This document shows, in pieces, positions 57,501-64,000 of a stretch of 64,000 bases of DNA. Within the stretch, counting starts at the first letter, position 1, and each line of letters begins with the position of its first letter. A model generated the notes under the pieces. That model had not been told where the DNA came from, searched no databases, and saw only the letters and a program-made list of their open reading frames with translations. Position numbers and translations under genes: made by a program. Source of the stretch: a virus; the IMG/VR virus record IMGVR_UViG_3300035034_003571, positions 32,001-96,000 of that record, one strand, 5' to 3'.

Positions 57501-58247
57501 ATGGAAAAATTAAACCCAATATGGTTTCTAAAACATCCTTTAGATCCTGAGCATAAATCTTACATTCTTTTGGATAAATTAAAAGAATATCAGCAGGAGC
57601 TTAAGAAAGATCAAATAAGTAGCACAATAGGTAAAGTACTTACTATTATTAAAGATTTAAACAGATTCAAAAAAGAAGGAATGATTACCAAGGAGTCATA
57701 CGAAAGTTTGGATGAAGGGGATAAAAAAGTTCTTACTTTCTATAAGAACCTAACCAAAGGTGATGTAGAATTTAACGAGCTTCATGAGGTAATTAATAAA
57801 TGTTTAGAGATACTTTATAGATATGCAAATATAGGGGTTGACTTATTAAACGAAAGAAATAGCAAAATAAAAACATTCGAAATTATTCCACCATCAGAAA
57901 CTAAAGGGGATAATAACTTTGGATATTTATTTATAAGAAATATGGTAACCGATGAAATCTTTACCTATTTTTGGTCAGAATCTGAAATGAGAAATGAAAG
58001 CGGAATTAATCAGGTTGGTATAGGAATGAGAAGAATTAATACAGTAGATCCAACTTATTTTTCATTATCATATATTCATATAGCCCATGAAATTCTAGAT
58101 AAAAGCATGAGCATTAAACCTAAAAAAACTCCAAGAATTTTAGTTTGTGAAATCTCTGAAAATTTCCAAGAAAATTCGGAGATTATAAAAGCAGCTAAAG
58201 ACAAATTTTTAGAAAAATTATCTAACGAGAAAGGTAAATTGATTTAA
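57501..58247 (+). CDS. Hypothetical protein
   Basis: 248-aa plus-strand ORF (WF..PLDPEHKSYILL); AATATATA at 57459-57466. Confidence 0.7.
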   Translation: MEKLNPIWFLKHPLDPEHKSYILLDKLKEYQQELKKDQISSTIGKVLTIIKDLNRFKKEGMITKESYESLDEGDKKVLTFYKNLTKGDVEFNELHEVINKCLEILYRYANIGVDLLNERNSKIKTFEIIPPSETKGDNNFGYLFIRNMVTDEIFTYFWSESEMRNESGINQVGIGMRRINTVDPTYFSLSYIHIAHEILDKSMSIKPKKTPRILVCEISENFQENSEIIKAAKDKFLEKLSNEKGKLI

Positions 58248-58954
58248 ATTGAACAGGAAGGGTTTATGAATTTGGAAGTTGTACCCGCACCTTGATCTGA
58301 GTTATATCTTTTCTTCCACCAACTAGCTTGTTTTTCTTTAGTTTTTGGTATAGGGACCAACCTTTCTTTGGTTATATTAGTTTCTGAATCGAAACTATAA
58401 CTTCTAGCTCTTACCCCTATAAACATACGGGCTGCTAAAGCATTATAAAGGGGTTTAGAAAGACTTTCGAAAGGAACTTTGTCCCAATCTAATCCAAGTT
58501 TATTTTTTATTTCCCTTTTACATTCCATTAAATATTTTTTTATTTTATGGTTTCCTGTAGAAGGATCTCCCTTGTACCCCACGGTATTTAAAGATGTTTT
58601 TTTATCTAATTGAAATATTCCCTTAGTAATATTAGATCTTTTATAAGTTTTTGAGTTAGTCCCATAACAGCTTTCAACCGCAGCTACGTTTAGCATAAAT
58701 TCAGAAACCTCTCCAGGATCTTCAAAAATCCCATCGGAAACCAGATTAACTATTTTTGTAACAAAATCTTTAGCACCTGTTGTTTTGTAATAATCTTCAA
58801 TATCATCTTCAATTCCTTCTTCAGGAATAGCTCTCATAGCTTTCCACTCAAGATCACTTATAGAATACTTGTCCTTTAATTTATCTATAACAATTGGACT
58901 GGAGGATTCTAATAAGTTCTGGGAAAACTGGGAAAAGTTATAAAGGGATTTCAT
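58244..58954 (-). CDS. Lysozyme-like/lytic transglycosylase-fold protein
   Basis: VAAVES (catalytic Glu position), GIFQL, NALAARMF, WKKRYN...GAGT. Confidence 0.65.
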   Translation of the reverse strand: MKSLYNFSQFSQNLLESSSPIVIDKLKDKYSISDLEWKAMRAIPEEGIEDDIEDYYKTTGAKDFVTKIVNLVSDGIFEDPGEVSEFMLNVAAVESCYGTNSKTYKRSNITKGIFQLDKKTSLNTVGYKGDPSTGNHKIKKYLMECKREIKNKLGLDWDKVPFESLSKPLYNALAARMFIGVRARSYSFDSETNITKERLVPIPKTKEKQASWWKKRYNSDQGAGTTSKFINPSCSI

Positions 58955-58962
58955 AAATAAAT

Positions 58963-59415
58963 TTAATTATCGAAATCCGAAAGTTTTACTATGCTACTTT
59001 TTTTAGGTTCCGAATTTTCGTCTTCAATTGAATTGGAAGACTCTTCTATAGATTCTGATTCGATATCAAATTCTCCTATCTTTAATATAGTAGGAATCCC
59101 CTCAAAATCTTTACCTTCAGTAACAGCTGTACTTGGCTGAGCAACTATAGAAGGTGCTGCATTATCTATTGTATATTCTCTGTTTCCTTTTTCATTATAC
59201 CCAGGTACTTCTATTCCAGAGGATTTTCCAAAAACTGCATCTGCATATCCAGCAAAATCATAAGCTGGTTCTCTTTTAATTTTATTCAATCCTGTTTTAT
59301 CACTAGAATCTACTTGATTTTTCGGATCTAAAGGTTTAAAAACTTCGTCGTGTACTTTACCTCTAAATGCTTTGAAATCTAATACTTCTCTCTTTGAAAC
59401 GTCTTTAATATTCAT
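58963..59415 (-). CDS. Hypothetical protein
   Basis: ORF with repeated VLDFKAF / ILKIGEF / IVKLSDF motifs. Confidence 0.6.
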   Translation of the reverse strand: MNIKDVSKREVLDFKAFRGKVHDEVFKPLDPKNQVDSSDKTGLNKIKREPAYDFAGYADAVFGKSSGIEVPGYNEKGNREYTIDNAAPSIVAQPSTAVTEGKDFEGIPTILKIGEFDIESESIEESSNSIEDENSEPKKSSIVKLSDFDN

Positions 59416-59422
59416 AATGTTT

Positions 59423-60124
59423 TTACTTTTTAGCTAATGCTTTTGCGAAAGATTCACCCCCGTCTTTTAAAAGATCTTTTATATAGCCACTTACAGCGGA
59501 AGCCTCTTTCTTTTCACCTCCACCAGGTTTTACTTTTTCGGCTCCTGTTTTAACCGCTACCTTGTCTAAGCCTTTAATAGTTTCTCTTCTTTCTGAGCTT
59601 CCCATGGTATCTATGATATCATCCACTTTAAAAGTTTCCGCTGGAGATTTATCCTTAAATATATTACGTAAGAAATCCTGTATATCAGAATCTAAATCCT
59701 TTCTTTTAGCTAGTCTATCACTAAGGGATTCTCTTAAGGTTTTATATAAAAATCCATCAGCTTCTATTCCCACGGATTCTGCGATTTCATCAAATCCACT
59801 AACTTGTAAAAATTCTACAAGACCTTCAGAAATTTTAGGTATGAAAAAATCCCAGTTATTATGTTTCCCTGAAACTATCCCGTAATATTCGTCAATGTCT
59901 ATTGCTTCAAAAATCTCTTGAATCAATTTGGATAATGGACTTAATTCTCTAATTCCGAATCTTTCTAATATCCAAGATGCTACTTTTTGTTTAATAGCAT
60001 TTCCGAATCCATTACCCAGCATTTTTAATCCAGTCAATAGGCTATCAGCAAATCCTTCATCGATTTTACTAACTTCGGAGGGAGACTCAAAAGAATTAAA
60101 TGGTGTAATGTATTCGTTATTCAT
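59423..60124 (-). CDS. Hypothetical helical protein, capsid-targeting-like N-terminus
   Basis: YITPFNSFES...IDEG; GATATATA at 60147-60154. Confidence 0.6.
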   Translation of the reverse strand: MNNEYITPFNSFESPSEVSKIDEGFADSLLTGLKMLGNGFGNAIKQKVASWILERFGIRELSPLSKLIQEIFEAIDIDEYYGIVSGKHNNWDFFIPKISEGLVEFLQVSGFDEIAESVGIEADGFLYKTLRESLSDRLAKRKDLDSDIQDFLRNIFKDKSPAETFKVDDIIDTMGSSERRETIKGLDKVAVKTGAEKVKPGGGEKKEASAVSGYIKDLLKDGGESFAKALAKK

Positions 60125-60172
60125 CCGGATTCGGTTTTATTTAACCTATATATCCGAATTACTTATAGAAAC

Positions 60173-61570
60173 TTATCGAGAAAGGAATAAGTCTGTAGCC
60201 CTTTGTCTATAGGCTAATTTGTCTTTCACAATCTGTGGATTTTTGAGAGGGACCTTTTTTCTATCTATAATGGAATCCGGTAACAATGGTCTAAAAGTAT
60301 CCTTTAGAATCTTCTTATTAGTTCTCCATTCCAAAGGAAGATTCAAAGCAAATCTAACTATATCTATATTTAAAAAAGGACTTCGAAGTTCTAGTGTATG
60401 TGCCATTGACATTTTATCTAACCTAGGCAAATGATAATAGGTAAGCTCTTCAAATACATCAGATTTTTGGGAATCATATTCATGGATTCTTGAATATCCT
60501 CCAAAAAGCTCGTCTGCTCCATCTCCGGAAATTACTATCCTATTATCAGAATCTTTTTTTATTGATTCAAATAAGTGGTATTGTGGAATAACAGAACCTA
60601 GATCTACAGGGGTTTCGTTCCATTTTTTGTATATCTCTTCATTATTTCTATCATCCATTGAATAGTCAAGGAAATTTACAGGAATGTCCAGGTGCATACT
60701 TAGCTCGTTAACGAATTCGGTTTCCCCATTTTCTATACTATACCACCTTACCTCAGCCTCTAAATCCTTCAGAATAGATGCTATTATGGATGAATCCAGT
60801 CCGCCCGAGACCAATACAGAAATTGGATACCCTTTAGATATAAGCCTATTACTAACCGCCTCGTGCATTTTATCCCATAGCCAATTCATATGCTCTTCAT
60901 ATGACTTACCTCTAAGCTCATCTATAGGTCTATTCCATCCAGTATAATAGTTTCTATATTCAGTAATGAATTCGGGAGAATCTATATTATAACCAACTAT
61001 AGTATTTGCTGGGATTTTTTTAATATCCAGATAAGGTGTTCTGTCATCTGAATTATATCCCCATTTTCTAACCGTACTTATGTAAGACTCATCTCTTTTT
61101 GATTCTTCTTTTATAAGTCCCTTTATTTCAGAGCAAATTTCTCCTCCCTGATTTACATAAAGAATCTTTTTTCCCAACGGATCAGTAAATGCGGTAACGT
61201 TTCCAGTATTTGAATTATAAATGACTATCGCCCAAAATCCATCCCAGGATATTATATGAGAAAGATAGAATCCCGCAAATGCTTGTATATTATTTCCATT
61301 ATAACTGGAAAATAAATTAACCAGATATTCAGTATCAGAAGAATAAGAACTTTGATCGTAATTAAAGATTTCTCCATTAAACATTAAATAAACTCCAGGT
61401 GAAATTTCAATCGGTTGGTTCCAGTTATCTCCATCTCTCGTTTGTATAGGAAGTCTGTGATGGCATAAGGTTACTCCCATAGCATCTACGGAATCCCATT
61501 CAGTTCCTCTATGAGAAATCTTATTTAAATCTTCTTGATTTTTGGATTTAGTTAGTATAATCCCGCACAT
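60173..61570 (-). CDS. asnB: Asparagine synthetase B-like glutamine amidotransferase
   Basis: Ntn MCGI, HRG, HHRL, FNGEIFNY, SDTE; PP-loop SGGLDSS; SGDGADELFGGY; RLDKMSMAHTLELRSPFL. Confidence 0.9.
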   Translation of the reverse strand: MCGIILTKSKNQEDLNKISHRGTEWDSVDAMGVTLCHHRLPIQTRDGDNWNQPIEISPGVYLMFNGEIFNYDQSSYSSDTEYLVNLFSSYNGNNIQAFAGFYLSHIISWDGFWAIVIYNSNTGNVTAFTDPLGKKILYVNQGGEICSEIKGLIKEESKRDESYISTVRKWGYNSDDRTPYLDIKKIPANTIVGYNIDSPEFITEYRNYYTGWNRPIDELRGKSYEEHMNWLWDKMHEAVSNRLISKGYPISVLVSGGLDSSIIASILKDLEAEVRWYSIENGETEFVNELSMHLDIPVNFLDYSMDDRNNEEIYKKWNETPVDLGSVIPQYHLFESIKKDSDNRIVISGDGADELFGGYSRIHEYDSQKSDVFEELTYYHLPRLDKMSMAHTLELRSPFLNIDIVRFALNLPLEWRTNKKILKDTFRPLLPDSIIDRKKVPLKNPQIVKDKLAYRQRATDLFLSR

Positions 61571-62121
61571 TAATTAATGATGTTTTTTAAGATATCTATA
61601 GTATTTTTATTGAAAGAATTCTCTATTTTTACTATAGATATATTTCGATCTTTAGATTTTGAATATTCTATGAAATAATTCATTAGATCAGATTCTTCTT
61701 TCCTAGAAGATTCGTTCTTATCCCAATGGTCCTTGTTAGCTCTATCTCCTTTCGGGTTATCCCCATACAGATATATAAACTTAACATTAGACATTAATCC
61801 CTTTTTTATAAAAAGGTCCATTTCTCTTCTACCCTCCTCTTTAGATATACGGCCTTCTAAGACTCCCCAAGTCAATACACTAAATATTCCTCTATCTATA
61901 ATACATTTATCTTTTATTAGCCCATCCTTTATCATTTGAAGTAACATAGATTCTTTACCTATAGCAAATTGATGGGTACCTATTGAATTGTCTGACATGC
62001 TCATTTCGCTAAACCAATAGGCAAATTCATACTGAAATCTACGAATTCCCGTAACTTTTGAAATTCTTTCGGAAATGTACGACTTTCCGCTATTTCTTGA
62101 ACCTTCTATAAAATAAACCAT
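61570..62121 (-). CDS. P-loop nucleotide (dNMP/thymidylate-type) kinase
   Basis: FIEGSRNSGKS Walker A, IIDRG; stop overlaps the asnB start. Confidence 0.75.
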   Translation of the reverse strand: MVYFIEGSRNSGKSYISERISKVTGIRRFQYEFAYWFSEMSMSDNSIGTHQFAIGKESMLLQMIKDGLIKDKCIIDRGIFSVLTWGVLEGRISKEEGRREMDLFIKKGLMSNVKFIYLYGDNPKGDRANKDHWDKNESSRKEESDLMNYFIEYSKSKDRNISIVKIENSFNKNTIDILKNIIN

Positions 62122-62133
62122 TGAATTTTAATA

Positions 62134-62161
62134 ATTATAGAAATACAAAAAATAATGTTTC
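62134..62161 (-). promoter_or_regulatory. GAAAC-N17-TATAAT promoter-like element
   Basis: Bipartite motif shared with gp32 upstream region. Confidence 0.5.
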
Positions 62162-62517
62162 TATTTATATGGAGAAAAATAATCTTCCGGAATATTATTA
62201 GGGTCTATTCCCATAGATTTACATATTCTAATAAATCCTTCATCTTTTAATAATACAGCCTTAACGTCATCTGGTTGATTATCTATCATGTCTTGATAAA
62301 TATCCTGATATTGAAGAGAATATTCAAATAAACAGATCTCTAATTTCTGATCGAAGCTTAAACTTTTTCGTTTCATTTGAATGTCAGCTTTTATAGAATC
62401 AAGCTGTGCATTAGTACCGCTCATTGTACTTTTTTTCATGCTAGAATAATCTGGGAGTTCGCTATAACAGGAAGTTAATAATATAGCGGAAAGTAGGAAT
62501 AAAGATAAATTTTTCAT
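62161..62517 (-). CDS. Predicted lipoprotein (start re-assigned to ATG at 62517)
   Basis: MKNLSLFLLSAILLTSC: basic n-region, hydrophobic h-region, lipobox LTSC. Confidence 0.75.
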   Translation of the reverse strand: MKNLSLFLLSAILLTSCYSELPDYSSMKKSTMSGTNAQLDSIKADIQMKRKSLSFDQKLEICLFEYSLQYQDIYQDMIDNQPDDVKAVLLKDEGFIRICKSMGIDPNNIPEDYFSPYK

Positions 62518-62538
62518 TTTTTCGTTTTTTGTTACATT

Positions 62539-62546
62539 CAAATATA
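62539..62546 (-). promoter_or_regulatory. Bacteroidota-type -7 element TATATTTG
   Basis: Matches TAnnTTTG, 21 nt upstream of the lipoprotein ATG; -33 element weak. Confidence 0.45.
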
Positions 62547-62548
62547 AA

Positions 62549-62580
62549 CAAAAAACCCCAGACCATTACGATCCGGGGCT
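62549..62580 (-). terminator. Intrinsic terminator
   Basis: Minus strand AGCCCCGGATC-GTAAT-GGTCTGGGGTT followed by TTTTG; stem includes G-U pairs. Confidence 0.75.
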
Positions 62581-62597
62581 ATTTATTTTGGGGCTAT

Positions 62598-64000
62598 TTA
62601 TTTCTTTAAATCTTCATCTGTAACCTCTATACATGCATTAGAAGGAGGCTGGGGTACATCATCAAATTCTTTAGAATTCATTCTTTTTAAATGGGTCTCT
62701 AAAACACCTAAGTTATTAAAGGTTCTTTTTAAATTAGATCCCAAAGATTTAAATTTACCATTTTCTGGAATTTTTCCCAGAACCTCTTTTAACGCGGAGC
62801 CAAAATAAGCTCTAACGCTTCTCCCTGAACCTGCAGCTAAACCAGTAACCCTCATAGTAATTCCATTTTCTCCTAGGAATAAAATAGGACCTTCTGAGGA
62901 TTCTCTAAATTCGTTATAATATCCGTCATTATTAAGTCTTTCTATAACATCATTAGTTAACACGTTTTCTCTTATCCAAGAAGCAGAAGTGATCATTTTA
63001 CTACCGTCGTGGGTAAACATACCAGATAGCATAATTAATAAATTATTTATCCCAACAAAATCTTCTATTCCAAGATCAGCGTCACCCCTATCAGCTTCAT
63101 CCTCTTGTATCAAATTAACAAAGGCTTTTTTAATAGGGCCTTTAAGATCCTCCATACTTATATAAGAAGTTTCAGATTCTAGTATAGATTTAACTTTTTT
63201 ATAAACCCCTTGGATTTTAATATCATCGTTTTTTAATACTCTGTCAAAAAATTCACTAATCTTTGAAGCAGATTCGGATCTTTTTAGCATTCCGATTTTA
63301 TTATAGATTCCTGTGTAATTTTTTATAAAGTTTGGATAATCTTCTGAGTCTTCTCCATTAACTTCTTCCCATTTAACTATATTTAGAGGAGTATAAAGAC
63401 TAGATTTTTTAGAATTAGTAGAATATAGACCTCCTTCTAAAAAGAAGAAGTCTTGAGAATCCTCAGAATTTTCTATTGCATATTCCCAAGATTCCAAAAA
63501 TTTCTTGCTATATTTCTTTTTAAGAGCTCCGTCGTCTCTAATAAAATTTTCAGCTTCCAAAGTAACTCCGCCTTTTCTTAAAGATTTAGCTACTTTTTCA
63601 CTTAGTGCTTTAGCATCAAAATCCTCTCCTTCTCCAGCTGATTTATTTAAAACTTTGGAACCTTTGGATTTAACCCTAAATTCTTCATAGTACGTATTTA
63701 TATCATCACTCAAAGCCGATTTATCCAGTCTTATTTTATCCGATTCATTTATTGAAAAGAAATCAGAGGTGCTCAATACTTTTTTAGCCTTAAATTTTTC
63801 TAATGAATTAACTACGGATTCGTTAGTGACAGTTTCTTTCATAACGTCCAAAGACTTTATTATCTTTTCTCTGTCTGAAGATTCAATAAAATCAGAAGCT
63901 AAAAGTATATCTAAAAGCTCTCTATCAACTTCACCAGTAACGTTCTTATTTCCACTTTGTTTTTGTAAAGCAGCAATAACAGCAGATGTTGCATTTCCAT
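62598..64000 (-). CDS. Large protein entering from beyond the window; contains a peptidoglycan-binding (PG_binding_1)-like motif
   Basis: Frame stays open upstream of 63851 to the edge: GNATSAVIAALQKQSGNKNVTGEVDRELLDIL. Confidence 0.7.
   Translation of the reverse strand, partial: GNATSAVIAALQKQSGNKNVTGEVDRELLDILLASDFIESSDREKIIKSLDVMKETVTNESVVNSLEKFKAKKVLSTSDFFSINESDKIRLDKSALSDDINTYYEEFRVKSKGSKVLNKSAGEGEDFDAKALSEKVAKSLRKGGVTLEAENFIRDDGALKKKYSKKFLESWEYAIENSEDSQDFFFLEGGLYSTNSKKSSLYTPLNIVKWEEVNGEDSEDYPNFIKNYTGIYNKIGMLKRSESASKISEFFDRVLKNDDIKIQGVYKKVKSILESETSYISMEDLKGPIKKAFVNLIQEDEADRGDADLGIEDFVGINNLLIMLSGMFTHDGSKMITSASWIRENVLTNDVIERLNNDGYYNEFRESSEGPILFLGENGITMRVTGLAAGSGRSVRAYFGSALKEVLGKIPENGKFKSLGSNLKRTFNNLGVLETHLKRMNSKEFDDVPQPPSNACIEVTDEDLKK

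Noticed and set aside
60173-61570. PurZ or 7-deazaguanine (QueC) DNA-modification enzyme
   Set aside because: Ntn amidotransferase domain plus AsnB-specific motifs; lacks adenylosuccinate synthetase motifs and the QueC Cys cluster.
637-63690. Many short plus-strand ORFs in the track (e.g. 7312-7692, 8482-8841, 43254-43634, 59562-59885)
   Set aside because: They are antisense shadows of well-supported minus-strand genes and have no motifs.
1-64000. Stop-codon reassignment as in some Bacteroidota jumbo phages
   Set aside because: Genes up to 1801 aa are intact in the standard code, and TAG, TGA and TAA all end genes at sensible boundaries.
1-64000. tRNA, rRNA or structured ncRNA genes
   Set aside because: Intergenic gaps are short and no cloverleaf or T-loop signature was seen; a covariance-model search would be needed to exclude them fully.

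Overview
Strongly AT-rich, gene-dense segment of a large T4-related (contractile-tailed) jumbo-type phage genome, almost all on the minus strand, standard genetic code. Several independent hints point to a Bacteroidota host: SD-less A-rich leaders, a TAnnTTTG promoter element, a Bacteroidota-style bS1 N-terminus and Reg_prop-type propeller repeats. From left to right it holds (i) a recombination/replication module (UvsW helicase, UvsY, gp61 primase, gp32 SSB, RuvC-like resolvase); (ii) a ~48 kb tail/baseplate/neck module (gp3-like, three collagen-stalk paralogues, large orphan structural proteins, gp6, gp25, gp13, spike, hub, gp53-like) with PhoH, a free-standing endonuclease, an amidoligase-like gene and a ribosomal protein S1 homologue interspersed; (iii) small genes with capsid-targeting-like N-termini, an AsnB-like amidotransferase plus nucleotide kinase, and a lipoprotein. 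The standout is a fractured UvsW gene, which the ORF track only half shows. The N-half ends in a 96-aa N-intein, a free-standing endonuclease follows, and a separate ORF starting at 195 begins with a 39-aa C-intein. Protein trans-splicing would rebuild the helicase DE|CH motif. Other notable patterns are two recurrent promoter-like motifs, a register-conserved trio of collagen fibres, a pervasive G-x-T-G motif in virion proteins and a 23-aa tandem repeat array. All family assignments come from recalled motifs; no database searches were run.
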